Shown: positions 45,935-55,874 of the stretch, piece after piece
How positions within the stretch are numbered: position 1 is the stretch's first letter
How the letters are laid out: every line of letters starts with the position of its first letter
NCBI GenBank assembly: GCA_030017615.1
Contig: JASEIG010000002.1
Span: forward strand, 11,980-75,979
Source: Patescibacteria group bacterium
GTDB lineage: Bacteria; Patescibacteriota; Minisyncoccia; UBA6257; UBA9933
Reading direction: 5' to 3'
DNA length: 64,000 nucleotides
The notes under the pieces: model-generated
Seen by the model: only the letters and a program-made list of their open reading frames with translations
The model's database searches: none
What the model was told of the DNA's origin: nothing
Position numbers and translations under genes: made by a program

Positions 45935-48103
45935 TTAAACCAAGTCCGTTTCTTTGCTTTTAATAAAAAAATGATAAATCCCATAGCCAATTATTAATCC
46001 GAGCAATAAGTCAAAAGCCCAATTGCTAAAAAGCGATTTTAAAATATTCTCCAGCGAAGCGGTAAGAGAATTTCCGCTGATTATCGCTGTTATAAAAGCG
46101 CTGATTGACTGGAATGTTCCTTTATAATTATTGTATTCAAGCAAAGCGTTAAATATAAGAACGTTATTTTTTTCAGCCGCGTCTTTTATTTTTATCTTAA
46201 TATTTATAGCCGCCTGACTTTCAGTGTCTATGGTTCCCAAGTTGAAAACCAAATTATTATCCGCAGTTATTAAAGCGGGTTGAATAGTAGAGCCTAAATA
46301 TTGAGTTTCTGAGGGTAAGGCAATTTTCAACACCACATTGGAAATAGAATGAGACGATTTATTCTTGTAAATAATTGAATAATTGACTCCTTCGCCCGGA
46401 TCCGGATTATCATCGCTGATAGACGGTTCAAGAATAATGTTTTTGTCGGCGGAGATTTCGGATTTTTTTATGAATGTGATTTGGGTTTCTTTTGAAACGG
46501 GAACATAAGAGTTTGCGCGCGTTGTAAAGTTCAAAATATTTCCGTAATTGGTTCCGAGAGAATTACGCGCAACCGCCCTATAATGATAAATAGTGTCGGC
46601 TTGCAATCCTGAAGCCGCGAAAGAAAATTCATGCGAAACAGCGTCCTGCCCCATCGGCTGTTCAGCGGTTTTATTTCCTAAAGAATTTGTCGTTCCCCAT
46701 TCAAACCAAGCTGTAGTCAAAGAATTATTCGGGTTGACTGATCCGCTAAACAAAGCCGAGTTCTGATACACATAAGAAACATTGTTAGTGGTAACATACG
46801 GATAATTTCCGCTCGCGCCGTAATAATTATATCCGGAACCGTATCCGGGAGTCGTAAAACTTACTATATTGCCATAACTGGTGCCGGTATAATTTTGCGT
46901 CGCCGCGCGGTAATAATAAGTGGTATTGGATTGAAGATTGGACAAACTGGCGGTTAAATTAACTCCGGTCCCCGTTCCTATGTTTTGATAACCGGTTGTA
47001 TACCCAAGCGAAGTGTTTGTCCCATATTCAAACCAAACTGTTGTGCCGGAATAATTGGAGCTAACCGACGCGTTGAGAGTCGCAAAATTAGAGCCGATTG
47101 AAGTCGCGTTATAAGTTGTAACCGTCGCGCCGCCTCCATAACCGGAACTGTAATAATTATAATTATACCCCGTTCCCGTCATAAAATTCATAATTGAACC
47201 GTAGGAAGTTCCATAACTGTTTTGAGCCGCAATTCTGTAATAAAAATTCAGATTCGGCTGAATATTTGAAAGATAAGCTGAAATGTTTGTGGTAAAGTTT
47301 GAAATACCGATATTTTGATAACCTGCGGTGCTTCCAAGCGAAGTTGTCGGACCATATTCAAACCAAACTGTGGTATTTGAGTTGTTTGAATTAACCGTGC
47401 CGTTTAATGTCGCGTAATTCTGGCCGATGGAAGTCGCGGGGTTAGTGGCAACAATCGGAGCGTTGGCGGAACTCCCGCTTCCTCCCGCTCCCACCAAAAC
47501 GCTAAAAATCACATATCCTTGAGAACTCCAGCCTGAAACGATGTCTCCGATATTTAATCCTTCGGAAACTATTTCATTCCCGCTTTGTCCGTATAAAAGA
47601 GGTTGAGCGGCTGAATTTCTGCTCGGGAACCACTTAACCGAATTGGAAACAAAAGTAAGCGATTGATTGGAAGGCGCCGAAATGCCGACGCTTCCATTTA
47701 TAGTCCCCGAATTTTGAGAAACTATGGAAACCGAAACCGTCTGAGATGAATAACTCCCCGACGGAACATTGGCAATAATTTTTGTCTGATTAGCCGTTTC
47801 GTTTGAAGTGTTATGATAATAAACCAAAAAGCTTAGATACTCGCCGCCATTCGCGGAGCCGGAAGTTTTCCAACAGCTGGCGCAACCGGGACTGGTGGTT
47901 AAGTTCCCGACTTGAAGCGTCGGATAATCCAACGGGTCGGTGTTAAAAGACGCCGCGGCAAACGAAAAAGACGGCGCTACAAAAACTCCTATTAAAATGA
48001 TTAAAGAAAAAACGAAAATCGCCTTATAATTTGTGATGTTTTTCATATTTTCAGCTTTATCTTTTATTTTAGCAATCATATACCTTTTTATTATTTCTGT
48101 CAA
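45935..48103 (-). CDS. large cell-surface protein: signal anchor, about four tandem ~95-aa beta-rich repeats with the (T/A)WFEYG...YYR..A.N..GTSYG signature, DUF11-like region, C-terminal TM anchor
   Basis: Repeats ATNPATSIGQNYATLNGTVNSNNSNTTVWFEYGPTTSLG... read directly. Confidence 0.6.
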   Translation of the reverse strand: MTEIIKRYMIAKIKDKAENMKNITNYKAIFVFSLIILIGVFVAPSFSFAAASFNTDPLDYPTLQVGNLTTSPGCASCWKTSGSANGGEYLSFLVYYHNTSNETANQTKIIANVPSGSYSSQTVSVSIVSQNSGTINGSVGISAPSNQSLTFVSNSVKWFPSRNSAAQPLLYGQSGNEIVSEGLNIGDIVSGWSSQGYVIFSVLVGAGGSGSSANAPIVATNPATSIGQNYATLNGTVNSNNSNTTVWFEYGPTTSLGSTAGYQNIGISNFTTNISAYLSNIQPNLNFYYRIAAQNSYGTSYGSIMNFMTGTGYNYNYYSSGYGGGATVTTYNATSIGSNFATLNASVSSNYSGTTVWFEYGTNTSLGYTTGYQNIGTGTGVNLTASLSNLQSNTTYYYRAATQNYTGTSYGNIVSFTTPGYGSGYNYYGASGNYPYVTTNNVSYVYQNSALFSGSVNPNNSLTTAWFEWGTTNSLGNKTAEQPMGQDAVSHEFSFAASGLQADTIYHYRAVARNSLGTNYGNILNFTTRANSYVPVSKETQITFIKKSEISADKNIILEPSISDDNPDPGEGVNYSIIYKNKSSHSISNVVLKIALPSETQYLGSTIQPALITADNNLVFNLGTIDTESQAAINIKIKIKDAAEKNNVLIFNALLEYNNYKGTFQSISAFITAIISGNSLTASLENILKSLFSNWAFDLLLGLIIGYGIYHFFIKSKETDLV

Positions 48104-48189
48104 GTAAAACAGTTTAGTTATATTTTATGATTTTAAATCAGTCTAAAATAAAAAATTTAAATTTTTAAAAAAATAAAAAACGGGCAATC

Positions 48190-48381
48190 TTATATCGCCC
48201 GCTTGTAAAGCCATGCTAAAAGTCCGACGAGAACCGAAAACCAAATTCCCACTATAATTTTCCCCGCGATTATACTATTAAATTTGATAGTCATATTATC
48301 AATCATTTGCGGTAAAAAATAAAAAACGGCAACGGCGATAATATAATACAATATCGCAAAATACTTCCCCTTTGTTTTCAA
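48190..48381 (-). CDS. small two-TM membrane protein
   Basis: ORF only; sits within the surface-protein cluster. Confidence 0.3.
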   Translation of the reverse strand: MKTKGKYFAILYYIIAVAVFYFLPQMIDNMTIKFNSIIAGKIIVGIWFSVLVGLLAWLYKRAI

Positions 48382-48461
48382 TACTCTATCCTCCTTTAAA
48401 ATTTGCTGATACCTAAAATAAAAATTTAGGGAGCGGTTTTCACAAAACCGCTCCCGCTTTT

Positions 48462-49568
48462 TTATTGTATTCCCGGCATTGGCGCGGGTCCCACCGGTAT
48501 AGGCGGCGGCACAGCGCTCGTTCCGCCTGTGACAGTTGCGGTTGTTGTCGTCGCATTAGTAACAACGCCTGAAGTTGAGGGTGAAGATGAAATTTCTCCT
48601 CCAGAAGGTTGTGGTTGAGCTGGTTGAGAAGATGAGATTCTCGGTTTTGGTTTTGCGACCATGTATGAAATAATTCCAAATCCAATAGCTTCAGCAACTC
48701 CTTTTGCCGTTATACAACCCCCATCGATATAATCTCCGGTTAATGTTGTGCCGGCTGTGATTGCTCCGGCTAACAACTTGGGTTGTTTTAAAACAATAGC
48801 CGAAACTATTCCAACGGCTCCCCCAATCACAGCTCCCCAACCCGTCTTTTTCTGTTCGCAGGTGAGTTTAGGTTCTTGAGACATTTGTTGTTTTTGCAAC
48901 ATCACTGTTCCCGCCATAGGATATTCCAAAATCTTACCATAAGCCGTTCCGGCGCTGTTTTTTCCAACTAATCTATACCAGATTTTGCCGGAAATTTTTA
49001 TTGCCGCTTCCATTTCCATCGGATTTGTCCCGATATTAACAGAGGCGCTTGAGAATTCCATTTTATCAGGTTCGGAGAAACTCCACTCAAACCACGCCTT
49101 AGTTTCAGACCCCTGAGGGTCCACATCCCCGGATAACACTATTGTATCCGCAGAAGCAGAACGTATCGCCTGTAATGTTTTTACAATCGGAGTTTTTATT
49201 TCCTGAGCTACGGGTAAAGAAATTTTTGTCTGTTCAGATTCGTTAATAATCAAATCGCTCACGATGGGGTTCCCGCATAAATAAATTCTTTTTCCTTTTT
49301 TCTTTCCGCTGATTAAATCCTTCGCTACCACCACGTCAGTATTCTCCGGAAGAACACAGGTGTATTGTTTCCCCGATCTTCCTTCCATAGTGATAAGCGC
49401 CGGACTTTTTATTTTTACAAGTTCTTCGCTCAATGCAAGCGGCTTATAAGGATCCGCGGGATCTCTGTTTAATCGGCACATCTGTTTTTTATTTACAGAT
49501 GTTTCTCCAAAACTATCCGTCGCAAAAAACAAAAAAATCAATCCTAAAATAATATATGTCTTTTTCAC
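48462..49568 (-). CDS. secreted/membrane protein with one WFEW-type repeat related to those in the 45935..48103 protein, a glycine-zipper TM segment and a Pro/Thr-rich tail
   Basis: Signal peptide MKKTYIILGLIFLFFA; LSGDVDPQGSETKAWFEWS...GTAYGKILEY. Confidence 0.55.
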   Translation of the reverse strand: MKKTYIILGLIFLFFATDSFGETSVNKKQMCRLNRDPADPYKPLALSEELVKIKSPALITMEGRSGKQYTCVLPENTDVVVAKDLISGKKKGKRIYLCGNPIVSDLIINESEQTKISLPVAQEIKTPIVKTLQAIRSASADTIVLSGDVDPQGSETKAWFEWSFSEPDKMEFSSASVNIGTNPMEMEAAIKISGKIWYRLVGKNSAGTAYGKILEYPMAGTVMLQKQQMSQEPKLTCEQKKTGWGAVIGGAVGIVSAIVLKQPKLLAGAITAGTTLTGDYIDGGCITAKGVAEAIGFGIISYMVAKPKPRISSSQPAQPQPSGGEISSSPSTSGVVTNATTTTATVTGGTSAVPPPIPVGPAPMPGIQ

Positions 49569-49719
49569 GACAATCTCCCTCCTGTTATTTATTTTTCTTT
49601 TATTTAAATGTTAAAAATTCTTTGCTCAAAATACCATTTTTAAATAAAAAAGCAAGTCTTTAAAAAAAACCTGCTTTCCACGCTTTTTTGCAATAATTTA
49701 AAATAATTTAAACTGTATT

Positions 49720-50028
49720 TTACGATGAGATGTTTTTCATTAAATTAATGCTTTCTTCTTTGAATTTGCTGATTTCTTCGTTTGTGATTTCGTCTAAATT
49801 CGGAATTTTTGATTTTAAAAATTTAAAAATGGCTTCTTGGTCGTCCGGTTTTTCACCCAATAATTTATCAAATTCGTTTTTATCTGCTTCGCTTAATTCC
49901 TGTAAAATTTGCAATATGATATTTTGTCGGATTATATTTCCGATGCTTAAAATAAGTTCTTCCTGTTCTTTTTCAGAAAGCGTATCCATTCCCAGTTCTT
50001 TTATAATATTTTTTCCTAAATTATCCAT
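49720..50028 (-). CDS. small acidic hypothetical protein
   Basis: ORF only. Confidence 0.35.
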   Translation of the reverse strand: MDNLGKNIIKELGMDTLSEKEQEELILSIGNIIRQNIILQILQELSEADKNEFDKLLGEKPDDQEAIFKFLKSKIPNLDEITNEEISKFKEESINLMKNISS

Positions 50029-50063
50029 TGTTTTAAACGTTTTACAATCGTTACCGACCTTTT

Positions 50064-53000
50064 CTATACAGTCTTCAATCTTTGAAAAACTGTTTTTATA
50101 TTCGCAATCGCTTCCGCTTTTTTTATGGCATCGCTTCCGTTTATGTCTTTAAAATTTGTGTTAAAATTTTTTATCAGTTCAGTGTCAACTTTATTATTCC
50201 AATGACTGGCATAATAATCCGCGAATTCTTCCGTTCTTATTTTCCCGCCGTTAATTTGACTTGCCAATTCAATTATCTTGCCGTCAATATTTTTATCGTA
50301 AACAAAAGAATCAAACATCTGCTTTTTGAGAAAATCGCCGATGGGCATATTTTTAAATTTAATTCTATCGGCATCCGGATATTTTTTTAACATCTTTTCA
50401 ATCTCACTTTGGAATTTTTCTTTTTCATTTATTTCCCACCACTGCGGACTTCCATGTTCGGGTTTAACAACATAACCGACGACAGAATCTTCGTGGCCAA
50501 TAAAATCGCGAGACATTACTTTATCAACAGTGTTCTCTTTATTATTGATAAAAAAATCAATCCACGAAGATTTTTTAATATCTATTCCGGTTGAATTTTC
50601 CGCCCAATTTTTAATTCCTTCGGAAATCGACGCGGATTGATAAACGGATATATTTTGGTTTTCAACATCTTGCGGAATTATCGCGGGATTAATTTCAGCA
50701 GGTTCTTTTGTTATAACGAGTTTCGCTTCAACTTCCACAGAAGGAGCAATTTGGGGAGCAACTTTATTCGCGCCATCTCCGTCATTATCTTCGGGCAACC
50801 ACGAATATATTTTTGACTTGTCAAATTTAATTTCATCGCCGTCCAAAATAACCCGCGCGCCCGGTTCTGAAATTCTCAACTCGGTTCCCGCGTCTTGGTC
50901 TATTATTCCGTTTTTCACAAGCAGTTTGAGAGTTTCTTTGTTTAAAATCATCTTAATTTTATCCTGGTTAGCCAAATCTTCGGGCTTTATCCCTAAATTT
51001 GAAGCAAACTCGAAATTATGATGAATTTTATAATCCAGCTGACCGTAAACAGCTCGCCAAAAGCTGTTATTTTTCTCCGTTATTAACATTGCTTTCTCAA
51101 GTTCGGCGGGGATTCCAAAAGATTTTTGAAAAATAATTTCATCGGTTTTCTCAATAATTCCGGCTTTTCCAAATTGCTTCATCTGCTCTTCGGTAATGCC
51201 CATATATTTGGCAACCGGAATATACTTATCAGCGCTCATTCCCATCCCGCCGGCAATTTGACCGGATAACAGCCCAGACCCCACGCCTCCGACAGCCGCA
51301 GACACTGCCCACTTGGCTAAATTAATTTTTCTTTGACGTTTTAAATCATCTTCGTATATCCTTAAATATTCGCGGTTTAATTCTTCCAAATTTGACAGCG
51401 CGTCAAACCGCTCGCTCAATTTCCCCATTCTATAACCAAACGTTTTTTCTTTCCAAAGAGTTTTTTCCAATCCTTTTATCCCAAGAGCGGATAATCTTTC
51501 CGCGCCTAAAGTTAAAACAGTTGACAGCGCGGCGCGGCCAAAACGATATCCGCCAAACAACAAAGCGGCGGTTCCTCCCGCAACATATCCCCCGCCGACA
51601 GCCACTCCCGTCGCTATGGAAGCGGAAACAGCCCATCTCGCCGCTTTGGGCAAGCGAGCCCATCCGGATAAAAATTTCTGAAAAATATTTTTTTCTTTCG
51701 GAGGAAATTCCTCAATTTTTGCCTTGTTTAATATTTCGTTCTCTTCTATAACAAGTTTTTTAAAAATCTCGGAAGCGGAATATTTTTTCAGTTCGCTTTC
51801 CAATTCATTTCCGTTTTTGCCCTGAGATTGGAATTCCGACTTCTTGTTTCCATAAAGACTTTTCCCGTATTCCTTTTTTGATTTTTCATACGCGAATTTG
51901 GCAAATTCAGTTTCAAAAATTTTATCCGCCCTTATAATATCTTCACTTGTGAAAAATATGCCCCTTTCCGTTATATTTTTTATAAATTGTTCCTTTAGCC
52001 GTTTTTTATTGTCTTCGGATCCAAACCCGGCTTCAAATCCATTGCTTTCTTTTACAAAAAATTCTTTTAAGTTTTTTACGGCTGTTTTATGAGTTAAATT
52101 TTTTTCCTTTTTTGTTCCGCCAAAAGCTTTTAAATAATCTTTATAGGCGCCGGCATAAGCGGTTCGCGAAGCTTCAAGATTTTTTACGGATTCTTCAATG
52201 GAAATAAAGGCGTTTTTTTCGGTTTCTCCGGTTTTCGCCCGCATTTTTTCCAATTCCGATTTTACTTCTTTTCTTTCTTCATCGGAAAATATTTTTTCCG
52301 CTCCGCCAACCGGTGAAAGAATAATTTCAATTTTAACTTCTTTTTCCGGAACAGCCGAAATAATATGTTCTGTTACGGCATCTTTTCCCGTTTTCACGGG
52401 TTCTCCTTTAAGGGTTCTTCGTTCCTCATCGGTAAAAACCGCGCCCTTTAACCCTACGGGAGAAACTACTTCAATCAGCGGTTTTTCTTCGATTTGCGTT
52501 TCTTTTTTAATAATTTCTTTTTCAACTCGCGCATTATTAATACTTTTATATTCTTTAATGGTCTCTGTTTCTTCTATCGGTTTTGCCTCTTCAAATTTTT
52601 GAACTTTTTTTGTTTTCATTCTGTCGCGCGCCGATTTCGCTTTTTCCAATTCTTCCCTGAAAAAATTTTCCTTTTTTTGAAGTTCCAGTTTTTCAGTTTC
52701 AGTTTTCGCCGCTCTTAACACTTTTTTCGCGGCTATCAATTCTTTTCCTAAACGGTCTATTTCTTTTGAAATAAAAGAATGTCCACGTTCCTTGCTGTGT
52801 TTTTTATGAAACGGTTTTTCTAAATTTTGCGTTTGTTCTTTATTTTTTCCCGCCCCTGAAATATCTTGCGGTTTTTCCGCAAATGCGCCTTCTTTTTCAA
52901 CATTTTTTAAAACTTCTCCGATATGCGCAAACTTATCTTTTTTAGATTCTGTTTTTTTGGTCTTTTTAGGTTCTGTTTTTTCGCTTTTTTCAGATTTTGT

Positions 53001-53231
53001 TTTTTTATCTTTTTTAGATTTTTCTTTTTTTATTGTTTTAAAATCTTCGGGAGCGGCGGCGCCCAGACTTTTTGGTTTTGTATCTTTTTTTTCTCCCAGT
53101 TCCTTTGAAAATTCCTCTTCTGTTTTCTTCTTCTCATCAAGCGCTTTTTTCAACGCCTCAAACATAATACCCCCGGCGCGCGGTTCTTTTTTTTCTTCCT
53201 CTCCGGATTGATGAGGTGTTAATTTTTCCAT
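50064..53231 (-). CDS. giant (1055 aa) protein: K/E-rich low-complexity N-terminal half, two Gly-zipper TM segments, globular C-terminal domain
   Basis: Single long ORF; internal repeats SPVG..F(T/S)DEER; TM segments ARWAVSASIATGVAVGGGYVAGG and KWAVSAAVGGVGSGLLSGQIAGG. Confidence 0.55.
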   Translation of the reverse strand: MEKLTPHQSGEEEKKEPRAGGIMFEALKKALDEKKKTEEEFSKELGEKKDTKPKSLGAAAPEDFKTIKKEKSKKDKKTKSEKSEKTEPKKTKKTESKKDKFAHIGEVLKNVEKEGAFAEKPQDISGAGKNKEQTQNLEKPFHKKHSKERGHSFISKEIDRLGKELIAAKKVLRAAKTETEKLELQKKENFFREELEKAKSARDRMKTKKVQKFEEAKPIEETETIKEYKSINNARVEKEIIKKETQIEEKPLIEVVSPVGLKGAVFTDEERRTLKGEPVKTGKDAVTEHIISAVPEKEVKIEIILSPVGGAEKIFSDEERKEVKSELEKMRAKTGETEKNAFISIEESVKNLEASRTAYAGAYKDYLKAFGGTKKEKNLTHKTAVKNLKEFFVKESNGFEAGFGSEDNKKRLKEQFIKNITERGIFFTSEDIIRADKIFETEFAKFAYEKSKKEYGKSLYGNKKSEFQSQGKNGNELESELKKYSASEIFKKLVIEENEILNKAKIEEFPPKEKNIFQKFLSGWARLPKAARWAVSASIATGVAVGGGYVAGGTAALLFGGYRFGRAALSTVLTLGAERLSALGIKGLEKTLWKEKTFGYRMGKLSERFDALSNLEELNREYLRIYEDDLKRQRKINLAKWAVSAAVGGVGSGLLSGQIAGGMGMSADKYIPVAKYMGITEEQMKQFGKAGIIEKTDEIIFQKSFGIPAELEKAMLITEKNNSFWRAVYGQLDYKIHHNFEFASNLGIKPEDLANQDKIKMILNKETLKLLVKNGIIDQDAGTELRISEPGARVILDGDEIKFDKSKIYSWLPEDNDGDGANKVAPQIAPSVEVEAKLVITKEPAEINPAIIPQDVENQNISVYQSASISEGIKNWAENSTGIDIKKSSWIDFFINNKENTVDKVMSRDFIGHEDSVVGYVVKPEHGSPQWWEINEKEKFQSEIEKMLKKYPDADRIKFKNMPIGDFLKKQMFDSFVYDKNIDGKIIELASQINGGKIRTEEFADYYASHWNNKVDTELIKNFNTNFKDINGSDAIKKAEAIANIKTVFQRLKTV

Positions 53232-53241
53232 AATTTATAAT

Positions 53242-53916
53242 TTATTGAACTACCAGCGGCACAAAATTAAAGCCGAAATATTCTTTTTTATTATACTTAT
53301 TTTTTGATATTTTATCAATAACAACAATATTATTGCCCACCGGCGCCACAATACGCCCGCCGATTTTCAGCTGGCTTTTCCAAGTCTTGGGAATTTCGTT
53401 TTCCGCCGCGGCTCCCGCCAGAATTTTGTCAAACGGAGCTCCTTTTTTATATCCTTTTGCTCCGTCTCCTAAAATACTTTGAGCAACCCCGCTTTCAATA
53501 AACCCGTATTTGGAAATATTTTTTTCTCCCGTTTCCTTAAGTTCGGGAAGTCGTTCCATTCCTATTACTTTGGTATTTTGCGCAATCAAATCATTTTTTA
53601 AAATTTCTTGGGAATTATTGCGGCTGATTACGTGCGACAACAAAGCGGTGGTCCAACCGGAACCGGAACCGACATCTAAAATTTTTTCTCCCGCCTTCGG
53701 CTGAAGCAATTCCAGCATAAATGCTACCGTCAGCGGCTGTGAAATAGTCTGCCCCGAATCAATCGGCAAAGGCGCGTTAATATAAGCGTTTGCTTTAAAT
53801 TTTTCGGGGACAAAATCAGCCCTGTCTATATTTTTAAAAGCTTCTATTATTTCAGGCGTTTTAAGATACCCGTCGTTTACCAAAGAATCTGTCAAAATAT
53901 CATTTTGTGGGTTCAT
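53242..53916 (-). CDS. pcm: protein-L-isoaspartate O-methyltransferase
   Basis: TISQP pre-motif, SAM motif I ILDVGSGSGW, motifs II/III. Confidence 0.85.
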   Translation of the reverse strand: MNPQNDILTDSLVNDGYLKTPEIIEAFKNIDRADFVPEKFKANAYINAPLPIDSGQTISQPLTVAFMLELLQPKAGEKILDVGSGSGWTTALLSHVISRNNSQEILKNDLIAQNTKVIGMERLPELKETGEKNISKYGFIESGVAQSILGDGAKGYKKGAPFDKILAGAAAENEIPKTWKSQLKIGGRIVAPVGNNIVVIDKISKNKYNKKEYFGFNFVPLVVQ

Positions 53917-54000
53917 ATATGCTAATCTTGATTTTTTTAAATTACCGTAATATTATAAGCGAAAATACGCAAATTTAAAACTGAATAATAGGGAGGTTGT

Positions 54001-54147
54001 ATGAAAAAAACAATGTTGTGCTTATCAACAAAAACAAAAAAAATCAAAGTTTCTGCGGCTTTTTTAAAAAACTTTGCGAAAATAACTGCCGATAATAAAA
54101 ATAATATTGAAAGGCAGTTAAGATTGTTAAAACAACAAAAAATTTAA
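54001..54147 (+). CDS. small 48-aa ORF with strong SD (GGGAGG-N6-ATG) and a long downstream terminator hairpin (speculative)
   Basis: RBS and ORF read directly; lysine-rich, no homology recognised. Confidence 0.3.
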   Translation: MKKTMLCLSTKTKKIKVSAAFLKNFAKITADNKNNIERQLRLLKQQKI

Positions 54148-54156
54148 ACAAACGGA

Positions 54157-54230
54157 CCCCGCAGTAAATTTCGGCATTTCGCAAAGCGAATAAAATTTTG
54201 CCGAAATCTACTGCGGGGTTATTTTTTTTT
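54157..54230 (+). terminator. long imperfect hairpin (about 19-bp stem CCCCGCAGTAAATTTCGGCA / TGCCGAAATCTACTGCGGGG) followed by T9
   Basis: Read directly. Confidence 0.7.
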
Positions 54231-54665
54231 AAAATTCAAATGGTTTAATATTAAAAATAAAACAGTCCCCAAAATCAGATTATAAACAAGCTCTTTGGCA
54301 AAAACCAACGACCAAATTGCAAAAGGATATGACACGGCGTAATAAATAAGGGTTGAGCATGCCAAAATAATTACATTTCCCACCAAAGGACGCCACGGCA
54401 AATACTTATTTATCGCCGAAAATACCATCCCTATGACAAATACCGCAAAAATTTCTTTTTGCGGTTCCGAAGAAAATTTAAGCAAAAACGCTCCCATAGC
54501 GGATAAAAAAAATCCCTCCCAAAAATCGCTTATAAAAAAAGAAAACACAACCAAAGCCGTTAAAACAAAATTCGGCTTCACGCCGAAAATTGATATATTT
54601 AAAAACTGAACAATGCCAAAAAAAATCGTTAAAAAGACAAATGTTGGCAATCGAAATTTGCGCAT
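54219..54665 (-). CDS. hypothetical polytopic membrane protein (MreD-like size and topology, unconfirmed)
   Basis: ORF only. Confidence 0.3.
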   Translation of the reverse strand: MRKFRLPTFVFLTIFFGIVQFLNISIFGVKPNFVLTALVVFSFFISDFWEGFFLSAMGAFLLKFSSEPQKEIFAVFVIGMVFSAINKYLPWRPLVGNVIILACSTLIYYAVSYPFAIWSLVFAKELVYNLILGTVLFLILNHLNFKKK

Positions 54666-54685
54666 AATTATTTAATCTCGCTATT

Positions 54686-55819
54686 TTAGTTTTCTAATTC
54701 GCTTTTTAAATCTTCTAATATCTTTTTGGCTTTATGGCTGATTTTCTTGGGAGATTTTATTTTAAATTCCACATATAAATTGCCCCTGCCGGAACGGTTG
54801 AAATGCGGCATTCCTTCGCCAAAAATAACCAGCGCTTTACTGATATCAAAATCTGACGGGATTTTAATTCTTACTTTTTTGCCGGAAATATGGAGGATTT
54901 CTATTTTTTCATCTCCGTCAATTAAGCCGTTTATCAAATCTAAAACGGTTATTTCTTTTTGAACAATAAGATTGTCGCCGCTTCTCTGAAAAACAGGATG
55001 TGATTTTACATTGATTCTCACATAAAGATCCCCTTCTTCAGCTCCGCGTTCTCCGGCTTCGCCCGCTCCCTTAACTTTTAAAATTTGACCATCATTAACC
55101 CCCGGAAGAATTTTAATCGCTATTTCTCTTTTCCCTCTGATTTTTCCCAATCCTTCGCAAGCTTCGCATTTCTTATCCGGCGTTTCTCCCGCGCCGCGAC
55201 AATTGGAGCAAGTTTTCACCTGTGAAAACGCGCCGAAAAAAGTTTTCTTTGTTTCTTTTATTTCTCCTTTGCCGGCGCAAACAGCGCAAATTGAAAATTT
55301 AACTTTAGCGTCATGCCCGCGGCCATCGCATTTATCGCACTTAATTTCAACGTTGAATTTCAAAATTTTATCAATTCCCGAATACGCCTCTTCAAGAGAA
55401 ACTTCTTGGATAATTTCAATATCGGACCCGTGTTGATAAGTTCTTCTTTGTTGTCCCATTCCGGCTCCGAAGAACATTTCAAAAATGTCTTCCATATCGC
55501 CCAAATCTCCCATATTAAAATTAAATCCTTGTCCGAAATCCCAGCCGGAAGTCCCGCCAAACGGTCCGCTTTGAAAACCTTCAAACCCCTGCTGGCCGCT
55601 TCCGCCTCCGGCGGAAAAAACCCGCCCAAATTTGTCATATTGCGCTCTTTTTTCCTTACTGGAAAGAGTCTGATACGCTTCGTTTATTTCTTTAAATTTT
55701 TTTTCGTCTCCGTCCGATTTATCCGGATGATATTTATGCGCCAATTTTCTATACGCTTTCTTGATTTCCTCATCGGAAGCGTTTTTTGAGACTCCTAAAA
55801 TTTCGTAATAGTTTTCCAT
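54686..55819 (-). CDS. dnaJ: chaperone DnaJ
   Basis: J-domain with HPD, G/F region, four CxxCxGxG repeats. Confidence 0.92.
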   Translation of the reverse strand: MENYYEILGVSKNASDEEIKKAYRKLAHKYHPDKSDGDEKKFKEINEAYQTLSSKEKRAQYDKFGRVFSAGGGSGQQGFEGFQSGPFGGTSGWDFGQGFNFNMGDLGDMEDIFEMFFGAGMGQQRRTYQHGSDIEIIQEVSLEEAYSGIDKILKFNVEIKCDKCDGRGHDAKVKFSICAVCAGKGEIKETKKTFFGAFSQVKTCSNCRGAGETPDKKCEACEGLGKIRGKREIAIKILPGVNDGQILKVKGAGEAGERGAEEGDLYVRINVKSHPVFQRSGDNLIVQKEITVLDLINGLIDGDEKIEILHISGKKVRIKIPSDFDISKALVIFGEGMPHFNRSGRGNLYVEFKIKSPKKISHKAKKILEDLKSELEN

Positions 55820-55874
55820 ATGGCTTGTAACTTGTAACTTGTAACTTTTTAAATTACAAATTATAAATTACGCA

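Noticed and set aside
48440-48697. 85-aa minus-strand ORF
   Set aside because: It overlaps the 3' end of the 48462..49568 secreted-protein gene in a different frame; it is Q/R-rich and low-complexity with no RBS.
52198-53211. Several + strand ORFs (52198..52602, 52494..52718, 52923..53108, 52957..53211, 51392..51751) inside the giant-protein gene
   Set aside because: They are antisense to the K/E-rich region (hence poly-Phe/Ser translations); no independent signals.
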